From NCBI GenBank assembly GCA_002500665.1, contig DLRY01000046.1:6462-70461 (forward strand): 64,000 nucleotides of DNA. The letters run 5' to 3'. The first letter of the stretch is position 1; each line of letters begins with the position of its first letter. Positions 10,143 through 20,009 of this stretch are shown here, in pieces. The notes under the pieces were generated by a model, which did not search any database, was not told the DNA's origin, and worked only from the letters and a program-made list of their open reading frames with translations. This DNA comes from Opitutia bacterium UBA7876 (GTDB taxonomy: Bacteria; Verrucomicrobiota; Verrucomicrobiia; Opitutales; Seribacteraceae). Position numbers and translations under genes: made by a program.

Positions 10143-10268
10143 CTAGGGAGTGGTTACGGGGCCCAAACTCATCAAATCCCAAAGCAGGGAAACGATCTGA
10201 ATGGCCACCATGAGAGAGAGTCCCACGAGCACTATGATCACCCATTTCCAAGGGAGCTTGCGTTTCAA
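10143..10268 (-). CDS. 41-aa small single-pass membrane protein (below the ORF-track cutoff)
   Basis: TTG start overlaps the upstream TGA (TTGA). Translation MKRKLPWKWVIIVLVGLSLMVAIQIVSLLWDLMSLGPVTTP*: basic N-terminus followed by one hydrophobic helix. Confidence 0.6.
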   Translation of the reverse strand: MKRKLPWKWVIIVLVGLSLMVAIQIVSLLWDLMSLGPVTTP

Positions 10269-11650
10269 TCGACGCTCTTCCCGTTTTCAGTCAAGCCCCT
10301 TGATCGAAGCCATTGAAGAGCATTTTGATAACGGGCTCCGTCCTGAGCATCCTCCGTGGGACCGGACGGACTTTCGACGCCCTCCACAACCCTCGCCTTG
10401 AGCAATTCCTCGATGCCTGAAAAACCTCGAACCTTGGGCTGGCTAGGCGACGTTTCGACTTCTCCCTTCTTTCCGGAATCGAACAGTCGACGCAGGGAGT
10501 CATAAGTGGGACGTGAGTCGTTCCCCAGATTCAAGAGCGTACCGTCTAGGTCGTTCCGAGAAGGTGGCCTGAGAATCCCAGGGGAGTTTTTTTCGTCTGA
10601 AAAGCCTACCCTCTTCCCCGCGTCATCACGTCCGGCCGCCTTTTCTGATGAATCAAGAAAGCCGACCCGGGATAAAGCCTCGTTTCCCGCAGAGTTATCA
10701 GCCTGTAACGCCTGTGCTGAAAAGTCGACCAAGTTGCCGGGGTTGATTCCAGGGCGGTCCACCGGCCCTAGGCTCCGCTCGAAGCCCGACACCATGCGGT
10801 TCGACGAAGGGGTCTCAGCCCCAGGGGAGCCATCAAGTAGCTGAATACCTCGGTTCACCGGGTCTTTCTCATCGTCGGCTGTGGAAGGTCTCAGGACGAT
10901 ACTTGTATTCTTTACTTGATCAAGGTTGTTTGGAACGGCCCTCTCTGGAACCTCAACGGAAGGCCTAAGTTCAGTGGAAAGGCCGCCATCGTCAATGGGA
11001 TCGTTCGAGGAAACAGATTCGGAGGGATCCCGAGCAACAGGGCTTGCACCCGCAGGAGGGCCGGGGACGGGAACCTCATCCGGTTCGGTCGTATCCTTGG
11101 ATGGTAAAACCGGCTTTAAGGAGGAATCTACGGAAAGGCCTGCTTCAGGGACGGAATGCTTCCCCGGCAGAGTATCCGCTTCACCGGAAACGACCTCAAC
11201 TGCCGGGTCCAAAGATTCGGAACCTTTGTCCATGGTAGAGTTTTCGTTAGCCTTGAAGGACTGTGCGTCATCCGCAGAGCCATCAGGATTCTCCTGCGTG
11301 GGATCGGTGGAAACGTCCGAACTCTCCGAAAGCTCATCCTTTGTAGACTCCGGTTCGGAGGAGCCTTTACCGTGAGGAGGAGTTTTCTCATTCTTGGTCG
11401 AGCCCGTAATCCCTAAGCCGGAAGCGCCAGGACTTGCCTCGTTTTGACTAGGGTGATCGGCGGGAGAAACGGAAGGCATGCCTTGCGTGCCCTTCCCTCT
11501 CTTGCCGGAATGGGTTTCAGCGGGGGGAACCGAAGACGTTTCGTTCCCCTCGCCCAAGAGGTTCTGCCCGTCATCCTTTGGAGTGGTGGCGCAACCGGCC
11601 CAAAGGAACAAGGCCGCAAAACCGATGGAAACAAGCAAGGGAGTCGTCAT
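10265..11650 (-). CDS. Low-complexity, probably disordered lipoprotein
   Basis: Probable start MTTPLLVSIGF at 11650, lipobox LWAG-C, Ser/Pro/Glu/Asp-rich body. Confidence 0.7.
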   Translation of the reverse strand: MTTPLLVSIGFAALFLWAGCATTPKDDGQNLLGEGNETSSVPPAETHSGKRGKGTQGMPSVSPADHPSQNEASPGASGLGITGSTKNEKTPPHGKGSSEPESTKDELSESSDVSTDPTQENPDGSADDAQSFKANENSTMDKGSESLDPAVEVVSGEADTLPGKHSVPEAGLSVDSSLKPVLPSKDTTEPDEVPVPGPPAGASPVARDPSESVSSNDPIDDGGLSTELRPSVEVPERAVPNNLDQVKNTSIVLRPSTADDEKDPVNRGIQLLDGSPGAETPSSNRMVSGFERSLGPVDRPGINPGNLVDFSAQALQADNSAGNEALSRVGFLDSSEKAAGRDDAGKRVGFSDEKNSPGILRPPSRNDLDGTLLNLGNDSRPTYDSLRRLFDSGKKGEVETSPSQPKVRGFSGIEELLKARVVEGVESPSGPTEDAQDGARYQNALQWLRSRGLTENGKSVD

Positions 11651-11654
11651 TCGA

Positions 11655-14408
11655 TCAATCCTGGATAGAAGCGGAGGAGTTTGCAGTGGTCTTGCCAAGC
11701 GGATTGAGGGCGGCAACGAGAAGATCGATCATCAGCGAGAGCGAATCTCCACCCGACTGGCTGGACTTGACCTTCATCTTGAAGAAACCGGTCGAGTTAC
11801 CCCTCACCCGAGACCCTGTCTCTATAGAATCGGAATCAAAGCCTTCAAAACCGGTTGACTTGGTCAGGTCGATCCTCTCAAGCAGGTCGATGGTGGTCTG
11901 GTAATCCAGCCTTTGCAGAAAAATCTCCACGAATTCCCCAAACGCACTTGAAAGAACGGCAGAGTTCGAACCATCTCGGACGGCGTCCAATTTGCTCGCG
12001 ACCCTCAAACCAAAATCCGAGTCTAGGACCGGCTTCTCGTAGGCGTATTCCCCATCAAGGGAGATTTCTCCGGAACTGGCCTTGGCCTTCAAGACCAAGT
12101 CGAAGGAAAGGAATTCGCGGAATTGGTTGAACAATTCCTCCTCCTCGGATGTTTTCTTAAATTTTCCGAAAAAATTCGAGCCGTTGAGGGCAAGGGCAAG
12201 ATCATAGTCGTTTCCGGAAAGCCTGGAACTGAAGGAGGAAGAGAAAACTTCAGCGCCTCCCCCAGAAACGAAGACCTGCTCAAGTTCCTTGTCCAGAAAG
12301 GCTGGGTCCGGTTGATCGGACCACCATGAGGTAAGCATTACGAGGCAATGCTCGTCCAAGCCCAGCGACACGTGAGCTGATTTGTGCTGGACGGATAGAA
12401 AGCGCGGAGAGTCGCGTTTGACCACTTTCCAAATCGGATTCTGAGATTTAAGGTCCAGTTTGTGAAGGATGAAATCCTTAAGCTTGGCTTGGTCGGCAAT
12501 GGGAAGGACAAGGCCGAAGACGACGTCAGAGGCACGCTTGTCCATATACTCCATGCCGGGGAATTGAAGGAAATACAAAACCCGACCATCCGGTTTGATC
12601 CCGCAGGAGTATGGGTCCCAAGCCAAGTCGCCCAGGAAAGAAACGCGCTTGGTTAGATAACCGGAAAGAATCTTGGGCACGCCGACTTCCTCCATCATTC
12701 GGATACCGGAAAAGGAACAGACTCCGAATGCCTGCTCGGGAACGTAAGAGAAGGCCCGCCCGTCGGGCTTGGATAAAGCATTGGCAGAGGGAGTGTCGAT
12801 AACGGCGGACGAACCGGAACCGTCATTATCTTCTATCAAAGCCGACAAACCCCATAGGCTTACCCCTCCAAGTAGGAGGATTAGAGGTAGATTCGCCAAA
12901 CGAAAGAAACCGGTCTGAGTGGCAGAATCTCCCTCGCTTGCCTCATCAGGCGAATCGGGCTCGGGATCCTTGCTACGAAGGAGCGATGCGTTATATGCTA
13001 TAACGAGAGTAACGGCCAAGGGGTCGAAAACAAGAACCAGGATGAGGATAAACCATTTTACGACCCGGTTAACGGCTTTGTCGGTGGCCTCCTTGATCAG
13101 GATGGGGTTTTCCGTGGCTTCAGCAGCAGCCACCTCGGAATCGAAGGCTCGAGCCACGAATTTGAAGGAACCAATGTCGGTCGCCCGAATTTTTCCATCG
13201 AGATCGAGGATTTGGCTCTCAGCCTGTTCTTTCTTGGCCAACAACTCCCCCTTCTTGGCTTCCAGTTCCGCCGAACTGTCCGGGCCGAAAACCGATTCGG
13301 TCTCGCTCAAGGCCGTCAGCTTGCGACTAGCTTCCGCGATCTCCGACTCAAGGGACTTGATCCGATCGTCCACCGCACCGCGAGCCTCTTGCAGGTTCTG
13401 GAGGGCTGTCTTGACGTTGTCGGCCTGTTCGGCCCCTCCTGTCGTTAGCCCCGTTATCTTAAGACTGGCCTCTGAAATCTCACTCTGAATGAGGGCAATG
13501 CGTCCATCCAGAGCCTTGTACCTCTTGTCCATGTCATCCCTTGCCTTTTGAGCCGCCGCGGTGATACCTGCAAGGGTTGCTCGCAGGGCTTCTCGTTCTC
13601 CGGCTTGGTTCTTGAGCAACTCGTTTGCCTTCTTGATTCCGTCCTCGAGAAAAGTTCTGCCTTTGTCTCGGTAGACCTTTACCGCGGAATCGAGCTGGGC
13701 CAGACGTTCATTCGCCTTGGCCTCCTTGGCCAGTTCCTGCTCAATCCTCAGGTCAACCTCCTTCTTGTAATCCTTCTTCTGGTCCTCCAGGACGGTGATA
13801 TCCTGCCTCCGGATTTGGATGACGGACTCCAGTCGCTTCTGCTCGGCCTCCCTTCTTCCGCGCTCACCCACGATCATCTGGTCGGTTTCCTTGGCCAAGT
13901 TTGCCTTGGACGCCTCGGCGGCCTTAATATCATCGCGTCGCTCGGATATGTAGGACTCCAACCTTCTCCGTTCGCTTTCCTGCTTTTCCTCGCGCAGGGC
14001 GGATCCTTTCTGGCCGGAAGTCTGGTAGGCTGCGATGAGACGGTCGTACTCCACCTGCTGGCGCTGCAGGCTCACGATTTCCTTCTCATACCCTTCTACT
14101 TGGTTAAGGGTCTGCTCGAAAGCCTGAGAAAGGTAGCCGTAGATACCGGCCGAGGTAATGCCAATAAGAAGAGCGACCGCAACTACCAGATACGTCCTCA
14201 GCGTCTTGTTGCAGGTCTTCCATTGACGATAGAGGAAGGAGGCCGCGATGAGCTTGCCGAACTCGAGGCTGGAGGCCATCACGATAATCGGGATGGTGAA
14301 GGAACTAACAGCCCCGAAGGTCAGCGCGATTCCCCTAACGCTAAAATATGCCGCGCACCCTGCGATGAATAGAGCCGCCCCCCCTATCAACAATGTGAAT
14401 ACATTCAT
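11655..14408 (-). CDS. Large membrane protein: 3 N-terminal TMs, long coiled coil, 2 TMs, ~400-aa C-terminal domain
   Basis: Hydrophobic segments at aa ~1-95, heptad-rich aa ~95-410, motif VKWFILILVLVFDPLAVTLVIAYN, a further TM, then a globular domain. Confidence 0.75.
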   Translation of the reverse strand: MNVFTLLIGGAALFIAGCAAYFSVRGIALTFGAVSSFTIPIIVMASSLEFGKLIAASFLYRQWKTCNKTLRTYLVVAVALLIGITSAGIYGYLSQAFEQTLNQVEGYEKEIVSLQRQQVEYDRLIAAYQTSGQKGSALREEKQESERRRLESYISERRDDIKAAEASKANLAKETDQMIVGERGRREAEQKRLESVIQIRRQDITVLEDQKKDYKKEVDLRIEQELAKEAKANERLAQLDSAVKVYRDKGRTFLEDGIKKANELLKNQAGEREALRATLAGITAAAQKARDDMDKRYKALDGRIALIQSEISEASLKITGLTTGGAEQADNVKTALQNLQEARGAVDDRIKSLESEIAEASRKLTALSETESVFGPDSSAELEAKKGELLAKKEQAESQILDLDGKIRATDIGSFKFVARAFDSEVAAAEATENPILIKEATDKAVNRVVKWFILILVLVFDPLAVTLVIAYNASLLRSKDPEPDSPDEASEGDSATQTGFFRLANLPLILLLGGVSLWGLSALIEDNDGSGSSAVIDTPSANALSKPDGRAFSYVPEQAFGVCSFSGIRMMEEVGVPKILSGYLTKRVSFLGDLAWDPYSCGIKPDGRVLYFLQFPGMEYMDKRASDVVFGLVLPIADQAKLKDFILHKLDLKSQNPIWKVVKRDSPRFLSVQHKSAHVSLGLDEHCLVMLTSWWSDQPDPAFLDKELEQVFVSGGGAEVFSSSFSSRLSGNDYDLALALNGSNFFGKFKKTSEEEELFNQFREFLSFDLVLKAKASSGEISLDGEYAYEKPVLDSDFGLRVASKLDAVRDGSNSAVLSSAFGEFVEIFLQRLDYQTTIDLLERIDLTKSTGFEGFDSDSIETGSRVRGNSTGFFKMKVKSSQSGGDSLSLMIDLLVAALNPLGKTTANSSASIQD

Positions 14409-14533
14409 CCACAGTCATTTATGCAGAAAAAAAGAAGCTGGGAAACAAGAACTTGTTCCCAAACCGAAATCTTATTCACCAAGGGATCTTTTCCGTTTCC
14501 ATTTATCCGAAAACACCTTTTTGTTCGAGACGG

Positions 14534-16087
14534 ATGGATTTTCACGAAAACTTCACCACCTTGGACTGGTGTGTGGTGGCAGGCTATTTACTCCTGACGA
14601 CATGGGTGGGGCACTTGCTCAAGGGCAGACAGTCCTCCATCAAGGACTTCTTCCTTGGCGGAAGGTCCCTACCCTGGTTGGCCGTCTCCGGCTCCATCAT
14701 CGCAACGGAAATCAGTGGGGTTACCTTTATTGGGGTTCCTGGTATGGTCTATGCGGCAGGTGGCGATTTTACTTATCTGCAATGGGGGATCGGTTCCATC
14801 ATCGCCCGAATCCTTGTAGGTATATTCTTCGTGAAAGTGTTCTACGAGAGGGAGATTTACAGCCCCTACGACTATATGGGAAACCGTCTGGGCCTAGCAT
14901 CCAAGAGGCTGGCCACGATCATTTTCCAGATCGGTGGAATACTTGGGCAAAGCGTGCGGGTATTGGTCGCAGCACTCGCCCTGAAGGTAGTTACTCCGCT
15001 AGAGTTCGATCACTGTATCTGGATCATAGGGATTTTCGCCGTTGGATGGACTCTAATGGGCGGCATGCGTACCGTGATCTGGACGGATGTCATGCAGTTC
15101 TTCCTCTTCGTCGGGGCCGGACTCTTCTCCCTGTTCTGGATGCTCTCTACCATCGACGGAGGGTGGAGCGGAATGGTGGAAATCGCCAACCAAGCCGACA
15201 AGTTCACCCTATTCAACCTCACCACCGATCCGGCAGTTGGCTTCACCCTCTGGGTGGCCATTCTAGCCGTCCCATTCCAGAACTTAAGCGCCTTCGGAGT
15301 AGATCAGCTCAATGCCCAGAGAATGTTCTGTTGCAAAAACTCCCGGGACGCGACCAAGGCCATGATTACAAGTTCGGCCGCACTTCTCCTTACAACCCTA
15401 ATGCTTTTCGTCGGAGTCGCTCTTTTCGCCTATTACGAGCCCATGCGCAACTCCGGTCTGGAACCCGAGATCTTCGGTCAGGACTCCAACTATATCTACC
15501 CCGCATGGATCGTAACGGAACTTCCCGCGGGCCTAAGAGGTCTTATTCTGGCAGGCATTTTCGCGGCCGCCATCTCCAGCCTCGACTCAATCCTGGCCGC
15601 CCTCTCGCAAACGACCCTTTCCCTTTTCCATGACAATAAAACCGGATTGAGCGACGGAACAAGCCTCATGCAGTCACGGTTCCTCGTCCTTTTCTGGGGG
15701 ATCGCCCTTTCCGCCTTCGCGGTTCAACTGGATTCCCTTCGGGACAAGGTCAATGTCGTCGTCCTCGCATTCGGTATGATTTCCTACACAACCGGACCCA
15801 TGCTCGGGATGTTCCTGGCCGCCCTTTTCACCCCACGGGCCCGCACCTTAGGTCTAGCGTTGGGCTTCGCCCTTTCCTTTGCCTTGGTAGCCTACGTCCG
15901 CCCCGACTTCTACCAGATCCTGATTAATTTCAAATTCCTGTCGGCCGAGCAGGCCGCCTCCTGGAAGGGGCTCTCTCAAGAAAATGGAGAGCTCAAGCCT
16001 ACCCTAAACTCGGCCTGGGCCTGGCCCGTTACCGTTTTCCTAACCTGGGGATGCGGCCTCCTTTTCCAACGGAAGGGCAAAGGGTGA
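14534..16087 (+). CDS. Sodium:solute symporter (SSS family)
   Basis: Probable start MDFHENF. DFFLGGRSLPW, ATEISGVTFIGVPG, GGMRTVIWTDVMQ, FAAAISSLDS. Confidence 0.9.
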   Translation: MDFHENFTTLDWCVVAGYLLLTTWVGHLLKGRQSSIKDFFLGGRSLPWLAVSGSIIATEISGVTFIGVPGMVYAAGGDFTYLQWGIGSIIARILVGIFFVKVFYEREIYSPYDYMGNRLGLASKRLATIIFQIGGILGQSVRVLVAALALKVVTPLEFDHCIWIIGIFAVGWTLMGGMRTVIWTDVMQFFLFVGAGLFSLFWMLSTIDGGWSGMVEIANQADKFTLFNLTTDPAVGFTLWVAILAVPFQNLSAFGVDQLNAQRMFCCKNSRDATKAMITSSAALLLTTLMLFVGVALFAYYEPMRNSGLEPEIFGQDSNYIYPAWIVTELPAGLRGLILAGIFAAAISSLDSILAALSQTTLSLFHDNKTGLSDGTSLMQSRFLVLFWGIALSAFAVQLDSLRDKVNVVVLAFGMISYTTGPMLGMFLAALFTPRARTLGLALGFALSFALVAYVRPDFYQILINFKFLSAEQAASWKGLSQENGELKPTLNSAWAWPVTVFLTWGCGLLFQRKGKG

Positions 16088-17886
16088 CGAGATTTCAAAC
16101 CCAGTCGATTTTCCCACAACCTCAAGATGTCTCCCCACTCCCCGGCTCCATCGATCTGCAAACACTTGGGAAGCTCAGGACGGACGACGCGAAGTTTCGC
16201 CGGATCGCCTCCCTCTTCTACAAACGCCTAGGGATGGATGGTGGGAATACCGACGAAGCCCCGACGCTTCTCCTGGAAAGGGCGCAAACTTCGCACCGCG
16301 AGGAATACGTCCTCGAGACGTCTCCCTTGAAAATCGTTCTCTCGGCATCGAGCGACGAGGGCTTGTTCCGCGGGCTTACCTCCCTATGCCAGCTAAGGGA
16401 GGGGAGCGGCCCCGGAAAAACGGAATGCCTGCGCATCGAGGACCGGCCCGTCATTGACGGAAGGGGGTTCATGCTCGACGTCAGCCGTTGCAAGGTCCCC
16501 ACCATGGAAACGTTTACGGAGTTAATCGATCTTCTTGCGGATCTGCGCTACAACGAACTGCAACTCTACGTCGAGCACACCTTCTCCTTCCGTGACCACG
16601 AGATCGTCTGGAAGAACGCTTCCCCTCTTACGGGAGAGAATATTCGCGAAATCGACCAGTACTGCAGGGAGCGTTTTATCGAGCTTGTACCCAACCTGAA
16701 TTCCTTTGGTCATTTCGAGAGGTGGCTGAGGCATGAGCCCTACAAGGCAATGGCTGAGTGTCCCAACGGATTCCGGAGGGAAGACCCCTATATGGTTCGA
16801 GATCACGGCACGACCCTCCGCCCCGATGCGGATAGCCTTGCCTTCGTCGATTCCCTCTTCACCGAATACCTGCCCAACTTCACCTCAGGCAAGTTCAACG
16901 TCGGGATGGATGAACCGTGGGAACTGGGACAGGGTTGGAGCAAGGAGGATGTTTCCCGCAAGGGAAAGGACAAGGTCTACCTCGAGCACCTGGAAGGAAT
17001 CCGCAAACTGGTGGAGAAACATGGGAAAAAGATGCAGTTCTGGGCCGACGTCCTGCTCGAGAAACCAGAGAATGCCTCGCTTCTTTCGCCCACCGCAGAG
17101 CCCATCATCTGGGGTTATGAGGCGGATCATCCCTTCGACGTCCAGTCGGAGGTCGTTGCATCCTGCGGGTTGAGCTTTCGCCTCGCTCCCGGAACCGGGA
17201 CATGGCGCAGCTTCACGAGCCGTTGGCCCGATGCCCGGGCAAACCTGGAAAGCGCCTCCGAGAACGCCCTTAAGCATGGAGCAGAAGGAATTCTTCTCAC
17301 GACTTGGGGAGACTGCGGAAACCATCAACCCTGGTGTACGCTTTACCCCTCCCTTCTATACTCAGCCCAACTTGCATGGAACGGAACCCGACTGGACGAC
17401 CCTCCCCTGGCGGATGCCGTAAACTGTATGGTCTTCCGATCTTCCCACATGAACCTCGGGGCTGCCATCATGGAGGCAGGCAGACTGGACCGGCAGATCG
17501 GTTCGCGGCTACCCAACCGCAGCCTGGCATGGAACCTCCTCTTTGAGGAGCGCAGGGACGAGGTGCGGCGACACCTTGAGAAGAACCAAACCGCCCGACG
17601 CATGAGAGATGGAATCGATTTTCTATCAAGGATCGTGGAAGAACTTTCGGGAAGGAACTCCAACCGCAAGGAAAGTTTGGCCGCCGAGGAATTGCTTCTG
17701 GGAATCGAATTGAGCTCCATCGCATTAAACAAGGGGCTGGCTCTACTTTCGGGCAATCCGCAACAAGATCCCCATGACACTCCTCAGATCCTCCGCAAGT
17801 ACGAGAAAGCTTGGCTTGCCCGGGCCCGCCCCGGGGGACTGGAGGAGAGCCTCAGCCTGCTTGAGGGAGGCCTTTCTCAGTCCTGA
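16084..17886 (+). CDS. Glycoside hydrolase family 20 (beta-N-acetylhexosaminidase-like)
   Basis: GTG start overlaps the symporter stop. RGFMLDVSR, PNLNSFGH and FNVGMDEP (GH20 catalytic DE pair). Confidence 0.88.
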   Translation: MTRFQTQSIFPQPQDVSPLPGSIDLQTLGKLRTDDAKFRRIASLFYKRLGMDGGNTDEAPTLLLERAQTSHREEYVLETSPLKIVLSASSDEGLFRGLTSLCQLREGSGPGKTECLRIEDRPVIDGRGFMLDVSRCKVPTMETFTELIDLLADLRYNELQLYVEHTFSFRDHEIVWKNASPLTGENIREIDQYCRERFIELVPNLNSFGHFERWLRHEPYKAMAECPNGFRREDPYMVRDHGTTLRPDADSLAFVDSLFTEYLPNFTSGKFNVGMDEPWELGQGWSKEDVSRKGKDKVYLEHLEGIRKLVEKHGKKMQFWADVLLEKPENASLLSPTAEPIIWGYEADHPFDVQSEVVASCGLSFRLAPGTGTWRSFTSRWPDARANLESASENALKHGAEGILLTTWGDCGNHQPWCTLYPSLLYSAQLAWNGTRLDDPPLADAVNCMVFRSSHMNLGAAIMEAGRLDRQIGSRLPNRSLAWNLLFEERRDEVRRHLEKNQTARRMRDGIDFLSRIVEELSGRNSNRKESLAAEELLLGIELSSIALNKGLALLSGNPQQDPHDTPQILRKYEKAWLARARPGGLEESLSLLEGGLSQS

Positions 17887-19054
17887 CTGGCTGTAACTCG
17901 GGCATTTCAACCGCGACCGCATCGCATCGCATCCTGCCTTCCGTGGTAAGCCTTGAGGCGCCGGCTTCGCTCTTCAGCATGCCTGCGTCCTCAAGCTCTG
18001 CAAAGAATCTCCTGATTTCGCTCAACTCGCCCTCACCAACCCCGAACCGCCGAGCCAGGTCAACCAAACTTATCCCCTCGTTCATCCTGAGGCCGAAAAT
18101 AATGGCATCCATGGCAAGATCTCGAAACCCGATTGGGGTCCATTCGTCATAGGCAGGCTGCGCTCCCGGCCTCATGCCCTTTTCCCAGAGGTCCAGGCTG
18201 GCGGAGTTCTTTCTCCGAAACCCGCCATACTGGGAGGATGCACTCGGCCCGTAGCCAATCCACTCGTTCATCCCCCACGTGTTGAGGTTGTGTAGACAAG
18301 GCATCCCCGGCTTGGAAAAGTTCGAGACCTCATACTGAGGATATCCCCGGGCCGGAAGGAGAGCCCATGCCTTCTCGTAAAAGGCGGCTTCCCTTTCGGG
18401 TTCCAAACGAACCTTTCCCTCGGCAAGCCTAAGGTACATGGCGGTATCCTCCTCAAAAGTAAGGCAATAAGTGGAAAGATGCTCTGGATCGAGCTCGACG
18501 GCCTTATGCAAATCCTCCTCCCACATGGCAAGGGTTTGCCCTGGGGCCCCAAAGATCAAATCCAAGTTTACCCTGAAGGCGGCGCTCTCACGAAGGAGTG
18601 AATAAGCCTCGTAGGTTTTCTCCACCTTATGGCCCCTGCCCAGAGCTTCCATCATTCCCGGATCAAAAGTCTGGGCGCCAATCGAAGCCCGATTAACGCC
18701 GTTCTCGGCAAGGATTCTCAGCTTTTCGGCAGTGACTTCGGTTGGAGCGAGCTCGATCGTCCACTCACAGCCTTTCTCCAGTCCGGCACTGCGAATAAGA
18801 CCACACAGGCGTTCAAGTTGATCGGCCGAGAGAATACCCGGGGTTCCTCCGCCAACGAAGACGGTAGAAAACGGTCTATCACCCGGGAAGCGCAGGATTT
18901 CACTCTCGAGCCCTCTAAAAAAACTCTCGATTCCCTTTTTGCTTGGTCTCTCCTGGTAAAATGCGCAAAAGTCACAAGTGGTGGAACAAAAGGGCACATG
19001 CGCATACAATCCCAAGGCGGGAACGTTTGATCCTTGCTTTTCTTGAACGAACAT
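17852..19054 (-). CDS. hemW: Radical SAM heme chaperone HemW (HemN-like)
   Basis: YAHVPFCSTTCDFC (CxxxCxxC), VFVGGGTP, DLIFGAPGQ, YEVSNFS; start position uncertain. Confidence 0.88.
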   Translation of the reverse strand: MFVQEKQGSNVPALGLYAHVPFCSTTCDFCAFYQERPSKKGIESFFRGLESEILRFPGDRPFSTVFVGGGTPGILSADQLERLCGLIRSAGLEKGCEWTIELAPTEVTAEKLRILAENGVNRASIGAQTFDPGMMEALGRGHKVEKTYEAYSLLRESAAFRVNLDLIFGAPGQTLAMWEEDLHKAVELDPEHLSTYCLTFEEDTAMYLRLAEGKVRLEPEREAAFYEKAWALLPARGYPQYEVSNFSKPGMPCLHNLNTWGMNEWIGYGPSASSQYGGFRRKNSASLDLWEKGMRPGAQPAYDEWTPIGFRDLAMDAIIFGLRMNEGISLVDLARRFGVGEGELSEIRRFFAELEDAGMLKSEAGASRLTTEGRMRCDAVAVEMPELQPVRTEKGLPQAG

Positions 19055-19087
19055 TGTCTACCAGATGACAGAACTATAGGAAAACTT

Positions 19088-19999
19088 ATGATGAACTCAC
19101 TCTCGACACTATCCAAATCAATTATCTTATCAGCGTCTCTTTGCCTCTTCACGAGCTGCAAGCAACCAAGCTTCATTAACCTGACCTCGACCAACCTGAG
19201 TCAAAACCCTTCCGGCATCTACACTCTCCAGACCGAGCTGGATATACAGGACCGCCACATTTCCGAGGATTCAATCGAGGTTTTTGCCGTCGTAGGAGGA
19301 GATACCATCCCGATGACAAAGGATCCCGTGAACCCTTTCTTGTGGAGTTGTGACTACAAGCTGCCCCAAGGCTTTGACGAAGCCACCTACTACTTCGCCG
19401 CTAAATACTCCGTCAACCGGGGAGGGAACAATTTTTCCCCTAGGGAAGTAAAGAGCAACCTTCAGGTCTTCAGACTGGAAAACAGGTACGTCGGAAACCT
19501 GGCCTCCTACAGAGGACCCGTCGGAGTGGAGATAGCCGTCCAGGGAAGAGGGCTGACCAAGTACGACTCCATCACCATGGGCGGAGCCAAGACCACGACC
19601 CGCTATCTCTCCGAAAACGAACTCCGCTTTACCATCCCGGCTCTACCTGCGGGCGTAGATTACCCGGTCCAGTTGATCGGCGGTCCCCACGGAGCCCTCG
19701 ACATCGGCAACTTCAGGATCGACGAAAGCGTCCTCGGGGTCGTTCCTTCCTCCCTTGAGATCAAGTCCGGAGACTCGGCCACCCTGCTTTTCAAGATCGA
19801 TTTTGAGGCCCCCGCAAGCGGTCTCACCATCGACGTCAAGACCGACATATCCAAGTCCGTAATCATGCCCGTGGCTATTATAAGCAGTGGCAACAAGACG
19901 GTCAACATACCCATCCGCGGGGGTGAGCCTGGAGAAGGAAAACTGGTCGTGACCGCCCCCGGATACCAATCCGTGGAAGTACCGATTAGGGTATACTGA
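19088..19999 (+). CDS. Lipoprotein with IPT/TIG-like domain
   Basis: Lipobox LFTS-C; GVEIAVQGRGL...TRYLSENELRFTIP is typical of IPT/TIG repeats. Confidence 0.65.
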   Translation: MMNSLSTLSKSIILSASLCLFTSCKQPSFINLTSTNLSQNPSGIYTLQTELDIQDRHISEDSIEVFAVVGGDTIPMTKDPVNPFLWSCDYKLPQGFDEATYYFAAKYSVNRGGNNFSPREVKSNLQVFRLENRYVGNLASYRGPVGVEIAVQGRGLTKYDSITMGGAKTTTRYLSENELRFTIPALPAGVDYPVQLIGGPHGALDIGNFRIDESVLGVVPSSLEIKSGDSATLLFKIDFEAPASGLTIDVKTDISKSVIMPVAIISSGNKTVNIPIRGGEPGEGKLVVTAPGYQSVEVPIRVY

Positions 20000-20009
20000 T
20001 CCTTCGAGC

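Noticed and set aside
13548-15633. Long alternative-frame ORFs (13548-14372 minus, 14248-15633 plus; likewise 49885-50661 minus, 32461-33075 plus, 46850-47536 minus)
   Set aside because: They overlap well-supported genes in another frame or on the opposite strand and have no domain signal; such shadow ORFs are expected in GC-rich DNA.
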